A stretch of 35,454 bases of DNA from Candidatus Levyibacteriota bacterium (lineage in GTDB: Bacteria; Patescibacteriota; Microgenomatia; Levybacterales; UBA12049): the NCBI GenBank assembly GCA_016184205.1, contig JACPDD010000009.1, positions 1-35,454 of the forward strand, written 5' to 3'. A program made the translations under genes and the position numbers. The notes under the pieces are model-generated. The model had not been told where the DNA came from, ran no database searches, and saw only the letters and a program-made list of their open reading frames with translations. This document shows positions 23,325 through 31,208 of this stretch, in pieces (the stretch's first letter is position 1; every line of letters starts with the position of its first letter).

Positions 23325-23959
23325 GTAGCTTCCTTTTTTCTGCGTTTGTGTTTTGCGTATTCAAAGAACATAGGGATTAGTGAAACAAAAATAATTCCAA
23401 ATACTGCAAATTCAAAATTGTTTTTTATAAAAGAAAGCCCGCCAAAGAAATATCCTGCAAAAGTTAGACTCGTGACCCAAATAAACGCACCTATAACATT
23501 ATAGGAGAGAAAAGTGCTGTAGTGCATTTTTCCAACCCCAGCTACAAATGGGGCAAAGGTGCGGATAATAGGCACAAAACGGGCTATAATAATAGTTTTC
23601 TTGCCGTATTTTTCATAAAATTCATGAGTTTTGGCAAGATAGGATTTATTAAGCAACCATGAGTTTTCTTTAGTAAAAACGCGCATCCCAAAATGGTGGC
23701 CCAAGAAGTAATTTACTGTATCTCCTAAAATTGCAGCGGCAAGAAGAGAGAAATAAATAACCAAAATGTTTAGAAATCCACTCCCCGCAAGAGTTCCGGC
23801 TATAAATAGAAGAGAATCTCCCGGCAGGAAAGGCATTATTACAAGTCCGGTCTCCACAAATACCACTAAAAATAACACTGCGTAGGAAAATGGTCCAAAT
23901 ATGTCAATAATGTCCCTGAGGTGTTCCTGAAAGTTGAGGATAAAGCTTATAATTTCCAT
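23321..23959 (-). CDS. DedA-family membrane protein
   Basis: VFVETGLVIMPFLPGDSLLFIAG, ARFVPIIRTFAPFVAG and multiple TM segments. Confidence 0.85.
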   Translation of the reverse strand: MEIISFILNFQEHLRDIIDIFGPFSYAVLFLVVFVETGLVIMPFLPGDSLLFIAGTLAGSGFLNILVIYFSLLAAAILGDTVNYFLGHHFGMRVFTKENSWLLNKSYLAKTHEFYEKYGKKTIIIARFVPIIRTFAPFVAGVGKMHYSTFLSYNVIGAFIWVTSLTFAGYFFGGLSFIKNNFEFAVFGIIFVSLIPMFFEYAKHKRRKKEAT

Positions 23960-24031
23960 CTGAAAATTATAGCAGAAAAATCTTTCGGGTGAAACTCTTA
24001 TTGAATTAATGGTTTATAATTGTTACGGCGC

Positions 24032-24670
24032 ATGTTTGAAGACAGAAATAAGGCAGGAGCTCAGCTTGCAGAACAATTGAAAGAGTACAAAGGCGATTCT
24101 ATTGTTTTGGCGCTTCCCCGTGGAGGAGTAGTAATAGGATTTGAAATAGCCAAGGCATTAAAAGTTCCCCTTGATGTGATTGTTGTAAGAAAAATTGGGG
24201 CTCCGCATAATCCCGAACTTGGCATTGGTGCTGTTTCGGAAAGCAACACAAAGGTATTAGATGGCTCTGCAATAAAACTTCTAGGAATACCCAGGAGGGT
24301 AATTTCGGAAATGATAAGAAGAGAAAAGGAGGAACTTAGGCGCAGAGTAGCAGTATACAGAAATAACAAACCGCTTAAAACATTAAAAAATAGGACAGTA
24401 ATTATTGTTGATGATGGGCTTGCAACAGGAGCCACAGCAAGAGCAGCAATCAGAGCCGTTAAAAAGCATAAACCTAAACAACTTATTTTTGCTGCACCAG
24501 TTTGTGAAAGTAATACTGCAAGGGGTATCGAGCATCTGGTCGATAAGATACTTTGTATTGAAGCTCCTTCTAATTTTGCTGCGGTTGGGCAGTGGTATAG
24601 AAATTTTGAGCAGGTGAGCGATGAGGAAGTTGTAGCTTTATTAAAATTATATAAAAATCCTAAGGTGTAA
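24032..24670 (+). CDS. phosphoribosyltransferase-family protein
   Basis: VLALPRGGV and VIIVDDGLATGATARAA (PRPP-binding loop). ATG 24032 is preferred over TTG 24020. Confidence 0.8.
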   Translation: MFEDRNKAGAQLAEQLKEYKGDSIVLALPRGGVVIGFEIAKALKVPLDVIVVRKIGAPHNPELGIGAVSESNTKVLDGSAIKLLGIPRRVISEMIRREKEELRRRVAVYRNNKPLKTLKNRTVIIVDDGLATGATARAAIRAVKKHKPKQLIFAAPVCESNTARGIEHLVDKILCIEAPSNFAAVGQWYRNFEQVSDEEVVALLKLYKNPKV

Positions 24671-24808
24671 ATACAAAACCACCCCAGGGGTGAATGGGGA
24701 ATTGACTACTTTTTCAGGCTCTCCGTTGGAGTATTCGGTGGTATGTTTGCTTGGGGTATGGTAACCACCAAACTTCTTTGCCACCTTATCGTAAAAATTG
24801 GCTGACAT
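24647..24808 (-). pseudogene. possible N-terminal remnant of a SAM-dependent methyltransferase
   Basis: 53-codon ORF MSANFYDKVAKKFGGYHTPSKHTTEYSNGEPEKVV..., which resembles methyltransferase N-termini as I recall them. There is no catalytic domain, and it overlaps the end of the neighbouring gene. Confidence 0.25.
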
Positions 24809-24887
24809 GTTTTCAGTGTAGCATCTTAAAGCTATTTTTTGTATAATTTTGTTGAGGTATGCCGAGGAATAAAGAAAAGCTTAAGAT

Positions 24888-25130
24888 ATGAAAAAACCGA
24901 AACTTAGTAAAAAAAGAAAAGAAGAGATAATGAAACAGTTCGGTGGTAGGATGCCAACAAAAAAAGAGATTTTTCAAAAGATTATGGAGTCTCAAGAGCG
25001 CATGGCACAAGCCCTAAAAGGAGCTTGGGAGGCAAAACCAGATGACCCAAAAATTAGAGAACAGCTTCTTGAGATTGGCGAAAGGGCTGGAAAAATGAAA
25101 AAGGAAATAGAGAAAGCCTTCAAAAAATGA
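24888..25130 (+). CDS. hypothetical Lys/Glu-rich small protein
   Basis: 80-aa ORF whose stop overlaps the ychF ATG (ATGA). Confidence 0.5.
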   Translation: MKKPKLSKKRKEEIMKQFGGRMPTKKEIFQKIMESQERMAQALKGAWEAKPDDPKIREQLLEIGERAGKMKKEIEKAFKK

Positions 25131-26089
25131 ATCTTTCGGTTGGGATAGTCGGATTGCCCAATGTTGGAAAGTCCACGCTTTTTAATGCGCTTCTCAAAAA
25201 GCAGCAGGCTTTGGTAGCCAATTATCCTTTTGCCACAATTGAACCCAATGTAGGCATTGTCGCAGTTCCAGATGAAAGGCTCTTGCAACTTGCAGAAATA
25301 ACGAAAAGCGAACATTCAATGAGCGAACTGCCTCCAATAAAGCCTGCAACTGTTGAATTTGTGGACATTGCCGGTTTGGTAAAGGGAGCAAGCGAGGGAG
25401 CAGGTCTTGGCAATAAATTTTTGGCACATATTAGGGAAGTTAGAATTATTGCGCATGTTGTTAGGGCTTTTGAGGACGAAAATGTTGTCAAGGAAGGTTC
25501 GGTTGATGTAAAAAGCGACTATGAAACTATAAGAATAGAGCTAGAACTTTCAGATTTGGAGAAAAAAGGAGAACCTTTGGCTAAAAAGCCTGAGATTATA
25601 GTAATTAATTTAGCAGAGTCTGACTACAGCAAGAGTAAAATAGATGAGCAAATTCTAAGATATTCTCATGTTCTAGAAAATCGTACAGAGCAAATAATCG
25701 CAATCTCGGCAAAAATAGAGGAGGAGCTCGCGGCGCTCTCGGAAGAAGAGCAGAGACAGTATCTGCTAGAGTTGGGCTTGAAAGAGTCGGGACTTGAAAG
25801 ATTAATTAAGAAAGCATACCAAGAGCTCGGTTTAATATCATTCTTAACAGCAGGGGAGAAGGAGGTGCATGCGTGGACTATTCGGCGCGGGCAAACCGCA
25901 CTTGAGGCATCTGGTGAAATACACACGGATTTTATGAAAAAATTTATAAAAGCAGAAGTTATCCCGTTTGACGATTTTGTTGCTGCGGGCGGATGGAAAA
26001 AAGCAAGAGAACTTGGAAAAGTAAGGCTCGAAGGAAGGGATTATATTGTGCAAGACGGGGATGTTATAGAGTTTAAAATCGGTACTTAG
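25127..26089 (+). CDS. ychF: ribosome-binding ATPase YchF (shortened helical domain)
   Basis: GIVGLPNVGKSTLFNAL, NYPFATIEPN, FVDIAGLVKGAS and the C-terminal TGS-like FLTAGEKEVHAWTI...DFMKKFIKAEV. Confidence 0.9.
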   Translation: MNLSVGIVGLPNVGKSTLFNALLKKQQALVANYPFATIEPNVGIVAVPDERLLQLAEITKSEHSMSELPPIKPATVEFVDIAGLVKGASEGAGLGNKFLAHIREVRIIAHVVRAFEDENVVKEGSVDVKSDYETIRIELELSDLEKKGEPLAKKPEIIVINLAESDYSKSKIDEQILRYSHVLENRTEQIIAISAKIEEELAALSEEEQRQYLLELGLKESGLERLIKKAYQELGLISFLTAGEKEVHAWTIRRGQTALEASGEIHTDFMKKFIKAEVIPFDDFVAAGGWKKARELGKVRLEGRDYIVQDGDVIEFKIGT

Positions 26090-26097
26090 TTTTTTTC

Positions 26098-26126
26098 TTG
26101 ACTGCGTTTTAAAAATAAAGTAAAAT
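26098..26126 (+). promoter_or_regulatory. candidate promoter for ORF 26138
   Basis: TTGACT (26098-26103), 17-nt spacer, TAAAAT (26121-26126). Confidence 0.5.
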
Positions 26127-26137
26127 CATCATCTGGT

Positions 26138-26896
26138 ATGGGGAAAGAAGGACAAAGCGCTACATTAGAGAGGCCGATAATAGATCCGCCTAATGATGCA
26201 TTAGGTGAAACTTTGCGATTTTTAAATAAACGGAGGAAAGGCTTTGTTCATCATCCCTCAGCATATGATAGCGCGCGGCTAATGGCAGAAATAGCAGAGC
26301 GTTATAAGACAAATTTCCTTGTTGTTGCTGCAAATCCAGATTCTGCTAAGCATATAAGAGAAGTCATTGCGGTTGCTTCCCGAAATGGCAAAGGTGTAAG
26401 CTCTTTCCTCAGTATAATTACCATGGGTTCGCTCTCTCCTCTATTACGGGCAAGCTTAATAAAACCAAACAAACAACAAGATATGCTTTTTGGGACGCCT
26501 TTAATATTTATAGATAAAGTGGATTGTCTTTCGCCTACAACAATGACTGGACTTTTAAATTGTTTTTCTGACAAAGCAAAAATAATAGGATTTACTAGTA
26601 CAGATAGTCCCAATAATGCTGAATGGTTAGCTGCTTCACTTGGTTCAAGAATTTGCGATGTTACATTTGAGGAAGCAGAAAAGCAGCAAGCGCAAATAGC
26701 AGAGCTCAGGGAAGCTAGAGGACAAGTAAGAGAACCGCTAGAAGTTGGTGAGCATGCCCACCATTATATTGTTGATGCAGATGAAGGTCCCCAATCACAT
26801 GCATATTGTAAACATTGCCACGAAGAAAAAGATTTTAGGAATTCTTTGGAGCTTGATTTTAACAGGGCAAAACCTCGACGTAGGACCCGCCCGTAA
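26138..26896 (+). CDS. hypothetical protein: degenerate DEAD-box-like RecA domain 1 plus a His/Cys-rich C-terminus
   Basis: Collinear motif relics: FLVVAANPDSA (Ia-like), ITMGS (Ib-like), LIFIDKVD (II-like) and IGFTST (III-like). There is no Walker A. The C-terminus reads HAHHYIV...HAYCKHCH. Confidence 0.55.
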   Translation: MGKEGQSATLERPIIDPPNDALGETLRFLNKRRKGFVHHPSAYDSARLMAEIAERYKTNFLVVAANPDSAKHIREVIAVASRNGKGVSSFLSIITMGSLSPLLRASLIKPNKQQDMLFGTPLIFIDKVDCLSPTTMTGLLNCFSDKAKIIGFTSTDSPNNAEWLAASLGSRICDVTFEEAEKQQAQIAELREARGQVREPLEVGEHAHHYIVDADEGPQSHAYCKHCHEEKDFRNSLELDFNRAKPRRRTRP

Positions 26897-26908
26897 TGCA
26901 TTCTTTTC

Positions 26909-26937
26909 TTGACACTTTGCCCCAAAACCCCATATTA
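26909..26937 (+). promoter_or_regulatory. candidate promoter for ORF 26948/26969
   Basis: TTGACA (26909-26914), 17-nt spacer, ATATTA (26932-26937). Confidence 0.45.
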
Positions 26938-26947
26938 TTAGTGTACG

Positions 26948-27613
26948 GTGGCAAAGGGATATAATTATATGGGTAGCAGAGTAGACCTTGTAAAACTTTT
27001 TGGAATAAAAGGCGCCGCGTTACTTCTTGTTATTATAATCACTGCTTTTTTAGTTCTTAATTACTTTAATATTCTTTCCCTCTCTACGCTTTATCCCAAT
27101 CTTTTTGGTTTTATGCCTAACAGGAATTTGCAGACTCTTCTAAACGAGGATAATGCAGGTGCAATTTTCATAGGATGCCCCATTGCTCAGGATCTTTGTT
27201 ACGGTGGAAGAAAAGTCGAAGTACAAACTGAAGGCGCAATTGGTACTACTTCTTGGCTTGCATTTAACCTCCCTGCCCAAGTTCCTATTTTGGCAGTTTT
27301 CAACGGAGGGGTAAAAAGGGAAATTATTCCCCTCCCGGGCGATTTTTCATTCAATCTAGTAACTCTTAAAAGTTTAAACGGTAAATATCAAGCGCAATAT
27401 TTATTTATTTCAAAAACCGTGGCAAAAGGTGATAAAAAGCAAGTCATAGATGGCGGAACAGCCAAAAAGGGAGAATCCATTGGGCTTACTGAAGGATACC
27501 CATTGGCAAAGGAAGAAAATGCACCAAGCCTTCATTTTAATATAAGCATTGTTGACAGTGGCACACCGCTTGAAATCCCGCCTGATAATATAGAAAATGT
27601 GGTCCTGCCATAA
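26948..27613 (+). CDS. membrane-anchored hypothetical protein with a possible degenerate LytM/M23-like C-terminus
   Basis: N-terminal TM AALLLVIIITAFLVL. GESIGLTEG...PSLHFNISIVDSGTPLEIP resembles the M23 G..G.TG..HLHFE..P pattern without the first His. An alternative start is ATG 26969. Confidence 0.5.
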   Translation: MAKGYNYMGSRVDLVKLFGIKGAALLLVIIITAFLVLNYFNILSLSTLYPNLFGFMPNRNLQTLLNEDNAGAIFIGCPIAQDLCYGGRKVEVQTEGAIGTTSWLAFNLPAQVPILAVFNGGVKREIIPLPGDFSFNLVTLKSLNGKYQAQYLFISKTVAKGDKKQVIDGGTAKKGESIGLTEGYPLAKEENAPSLHFNISIVDSGTPLEIPPDNIENVVLP

Positions 27614-27633
27614 TTAAGCTTGAGAGGGCGGGC

Positions 27634-27662
27634 TTGATTTTTAGCTCAACCTCGGATAAAAT
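27634..27662 (+). promoter_or_regulatory. candidate promoter for rpsF-ssb-rpsR
   Basis: TTGATT (27634-27639), 17-nt spacer, TAAAAT (27657-27662). Confidence 0.5.
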
Positions 27663-27668
27663 AACCCC

Positions 27669-27944
27669 ATGCGTAGTTACGAATTGGTTTTGGTTTTACG
27701 TCCGAAGCTTACCGAGGTAGACCAAAAGAAGCTTGTTGATGCCATAAAGGGGTGGCTCGGGGCTCTTAAAATTACAAAAGAAGAAGATTTAGGAACAAAA
27801 GTACTTGCTTACCCCATAAAAAGAGAAGCATCAGGTCTTTATTTGAATTTGGTGCTTGAAGGAGAAAATGTTCCCGAAAATCTTGAGAAAAAAATTAAAA
27901 CAAACGATAATATACTAAGACATTTACTTCTTCGAAGTAAATGA
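27669..27944 (+). CDS. rpsF: 30S ribosomal protein S6
   Basis: MRSYELVLVLRP start and the conserved rpsF-ssb-rpsR gene order. Confidence 0.88.
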   Translation: MRSYELVLVLRPKLTEVDQKKLVDAIKGWLGALKITKEEDLGTKVLAYPIKREASGLYLNLVLEGENVPENLEKKIKTNDNILRHLLLRSK

Positions 27945-28029
27945 ATTCAAAGTTTAAAATGCAAAGTTCAAAATTACAATTCAAAATTCAAAATTTTACT
28001 TCTAACTTGAGAGACTGGAAGGGGCGAAT

Positions 28030-28581
28030 ATGGCTAGAAGTTTAAACAGAGTTCAGTTAATAGGAAATTTGACCAGAGATCCGGAGTTAAGATACACTCC
28101 AAGTGGAACTCCTGTATGTACATTCTCCGTTGCAACCAATAGGACATGGACTACAGATAGCGGAGACAAGAAAGATGAAGCTGAATTTCATAGAATTGTT
28201 GCATGGAATAAACTTGGCGAAATCTGCTCCCAGTTTTTATTAAAAGGAAGAAAAGTTTACGTTGAAGGAAGGCTTGCAACAAGAAGCTGGCAAGCACAGG
28301 ATGGAACCCAAAGAAGTTCTACCGAGGTGGTAATTTCAGATATGATTCTTCTTGACTCAAGAAGGCCGGAAGAAGACAAAATGGAAGGAGCGCCCGAGCA
28401 AGCGGAGGAAAAGCGGGAACCAAGGGCTCCTCGTGCAGAGGCAGAAGCTAAGAAGACTTCAAAAAAGGCAGAAGGCGTTGATAAAAGCGAGCCAGAGGAG
28501 AAAAATTCGCCAGGTGGGGGAGAGGAACCATCCGCTGAGGAAGGAGAGGAAGAAGTAGCCCCGGACGATATCCCGTTTTAA
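28030..28581 (+). CDS. ssb: single-stranded DNA-binding protein
   Basis: LNRVQLIGNLTRDPELRYTPSG, FHRIVAWNKL and an acidic tail ending DDIPF. Confidence 0.93.
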   Translation: MARSLNRVQLIGNLTRDPELRYTPSGTPVCTFSVATNRTWTTDSGDKKDEAEFHRIVAWNKLGEICSQFLLKGRKVYVEGRLATRSWQAQDGTQRSSTEVVISDMILLDSRRPEEDKMEGAPEQAEEKREPRAPRAEAEAKKTSKKAEGVDKSEPEEKNSPGGGEEPSAEEGEEEVAPDDIPF

Positions 28582-28661
28582 ATTAAAGATTAAAAGTAAA
28601 ATCTCAAAAATAAGACTTGAGACACAAGATATAATTCTTGATAGTTGACTTAAAGGAAATT

Positions 28662-28895
28662 ATGGCGGAAAGAAGAAGACCATTAAAAATTGTAAAAAAG
28701 TGCCAATTCTGCAAAGATAAGAGCGATCCGTCGTTTAAAGATATTGCGGTTCTTAGAAGGTACTTGAGCGAAAGAGGAAAAATATTGCCGAGGCTTAGAA
28801 GCGGATTGTGCGTGAAACACCAAAGAAGAATTGCTCAAAGCATAAAGCATGCAAGGCATTTGGCACTTTTGCCATTTGTTTCAAGAGAAGTTTAA
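28662..28895 (+). CDS. rpsR: 30S ribosomal protein S18
   Basis: CQFCKDK, LRRYLSERGKILPRLRSGLCVKHQRRIAQSIKHARHLALLP. An AAAGGA RBS precedes ATG 28662. Confidence 0.9.
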   Translation: MAERRRPLKIVKKCQFCKDKSDPSFKDIAVLRRYLSERGKILPRLRSGLCVKHQRRIAQSIKHARHLALLPFVSREV

Positions 28896-28913
28896 CCCAC
28901 CAGAAATTAACTT

Positions 28914-30084
28914 ATGGAAAAAAGAGTAAGCAATTTTAGAATAGTTCTTGTAATTCTCACATCACTTTTTGTCGGATATTACCTTGGCGTCACTAAAGTA
29001 AACTTAGCATGGAAAAACTACGCTCCTCAGGTATCGGTAGTAAATAAAGAACCGCCTGCCGGTATTACAACAGTTGATTTTTCAAAGTTCTGGACAGTCT
29101 GGTCTAAAGTTCAAACCACTTACTTTGACAAAACAAAAATAGATCCGCAAGAAATGTTTGATGGAGCAATAAGCGGAATGATAAGAAGCCTGGATGATCC
29201 CTACACTCTCTACCTTCCCGCAAAGCAGAACGTTGATTTTAAAGACGGACTGGCAGGACAATTTCAAGGAATTGGAGCGGAATTGGGCATGACCGACAAG
29301 CAAATTATTGTAGTTGCTCCTCTTTCAGGCTCACCAGCTGAAAAGGCCGGAATAAGAGCAGGAGACGCAATTATTAAAGTAGATGGCAAAAGCACAGTTG
29401 GATGGGATATAAGTAAGGCGGTTAGCACAGAGCGTTGACGGGTGGGTGAAGTCGGTAAAAGACATATCCAACATAAAACAAACAGATATTCTCAAAAGTC
29501 ATCAAAAAGACCAAGTGGCCTACATAAGACTTGCTCAATTTGGAGACCAAACAAATAGGGACTGGATAGCACTTGTAAATAAATTAGCAGAAGAAATAAA
29601 AATTGGAAAAGAATTCAAAGGGGTAGTTTTGGACCTTAGAAATAATCCGGGGGGATACCTGAGCGATGCAACGTTTATTGCAGGTGAATTTTTGAATGAG
29701 GGAACACCGGTTGTAGTTCAAGATAGTGGAACAGACAAGCAAGTTCTTAAGGCCGAAAGAAAAGGGCTGCTGCTTTCCGTTCCCCTTGTAATTCTTATAA
29801 ATAAAGGCTCTGCCTCTGCTTCGGAAATCGTTTCAGGATCCATGCAGGACTGGGGAAGAGCAAAACTTATTGGGGAACAGTCCTTTGGAAAAGGAACAAT
29901 TCAGCAGGCTGAAGATTTAGGAGACGGAGCGGGACTTCATATAACAATTGCAAAGTGGCTTACTCCAAAAGAGCGCTGGATACACGAAACTGGGCTTACA
30001 CCGGACATTTCCGTTGCTCTTTCTTCAAAAGAACCTACGCGCGACATCCAACTTGAAAAAGCGCTAGAAGAATTAGTAAAATAA
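28914..30084 (+). pseudogene. ctpA: S41 carboxy-terminal processing peptidase, split by a frameshift and short deletion at ~29413-29448
   Basis: N-fragment: PYTLYLP, FQGIGAEL and the PDZ segment SGSPAEKAGIRAGDAIIKVDG, stopping at 29436-29438. C-fragment in the +1 frame: AYIRLAQF, VLDLRNNPGGYL, INKGSASASEI and GEQSFGKGT. Confidence 0.85.
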
Positions 30085-30092
30085 ATCCTAAG

Positions 30093-31205
30093 ATGAGAAA
30101 ATTAATAGTTTCCGTACTCATTTTGATTGCCTTCCTTGCCGTTCTTTCCACAATTTCTACTTATCTGCCTTCTTTAAATGATTTTCTAAAAACTGATATC
30201 GCTTCGCCTACTACAACTTTGAAGGTGACAAACGAAGAGTCAGTTGTTATAGATGCTGTTAAAAACGTTGGACCTTCAGTTGTAACAGTTGCCGAGACTT
30301 TGTCTTTTGGTACTGACCCATTTTTTAGACAAACAGTCCCCACGGGCCCGCAGAATATAGGAACCGGTTTTGTAGTATCGGACTCGGGGCTTGTAATAAC
30401 AAATAAACATGTGGTTTCAGACATTGGCGCCAAGTTTCAGATTATAACCAACAAAGAAAAGAAGTATGATGTGCAAAAAATATACAGAGACCCTCTTAAC
30501 GACATTGCAATACTGCAAATAAATGCTGTTCAAAACTCTGGGGAAAAATTAAAACCGGTCACACTTGGTGACTCTTCAAGACTGCAAGTTGGTCAGTTTG
30601 TAATAGCAATAGGAACTGCTCTTGGAGAATTTAGCAATACTGTTACAACAGGCGTAGTTTCCGGTCTTGGGAGGGGAATAATAGCAGGGGACAGGCTTCA
30701 AGGATATATTGAACAACTTGATAATGTTATTCAGACCGATGCTGCTATAAATCCCGGAAACAGTGGTGGTCCACTTTTGAATTCCCAAGGAGAAGTAATA
30801 GGAGTAACAGTCGCAGTTGCCCGAAGCGGAGAAAATATTGGGTTTGCCCTTCCAATAAATTTAATAAAAGACAGCATTAAAAATTTTAATGAAGGCGGAC
30901 AGTTCAACAGGCCATATTTGGGCGTTTCCTATAAAATGTTAAACAAAGAAACGGCGCTTTTAAATGATGTTCCCCAGGGAGCGTATGTTCAAAGCGTAGT
31001 CTTAGGCAGCCCAGCTGATAAAGCCGGAATTGAGCAGGCAGACATAATTACCAAAATTGACGGGCAGAGTATTGAAGATACCAAGAGCGAGTTAAGTACG
31101 ACAATTTCCAAGAAAAAAGTAGGAGATAAAATTAATATTACTATTTTTCGTGATGGAAAAATAATAGACATCTTAGCAACTTTGGAAGCCGCCCCAAACC
31201 AATAA
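30093..31205 (+). CDS. htrA: HtrA/DegP-family serine protease with a PDZ domain
   Basis: TNKHVV (His), NDIAIL (Asp), GNSGGPLL (Ser) and the C-terminal PDZ GSPADKAGIEQADIITKIDG. Confidence 0.9.
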   Translation: MRKLIVSVLILIAFLAVLSTISTYLPSLNDFLKTDIASPTTTLKVTNEESVVIDAVKNVGPSVVTVAETLSFGTDPFFRQTVPTGPQNIGTGFVVSDSGLVITNKHVVSDIGAKFQIITNKEKKYDVQKIYRDPLNDIAILQINAVQNSGEKLKPVTLGDSSRLQVGQFVIAIGTALGEFSNTVTTGVVSGLGRGIIAGDRLQGYIEQLDNVIQTDAAINPGNSGGPLLNSQGEVIGVTVAVARSGENIGFALPINLIKDSIKNFNEGGQFNRPYLGVSYKMLNKETALLNDVPQGAYVQSVVLGSPADKAGIEQADIITKIDGQSIEDTKSELSTTISKKKVGDKINITIFRDGKIIDILATLEAAPNQ

Positions 31206-31208
31206 AAT

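Noticed and set aside
28602-28622. Rho-independent terminator after ssb (TCTCAA-9 nt-TTGAGA)
   Set aside because: The stem is only 6 bp and AT-rich with a 9-nt loop, and no T-run follows. rpsR follows in the same operon.
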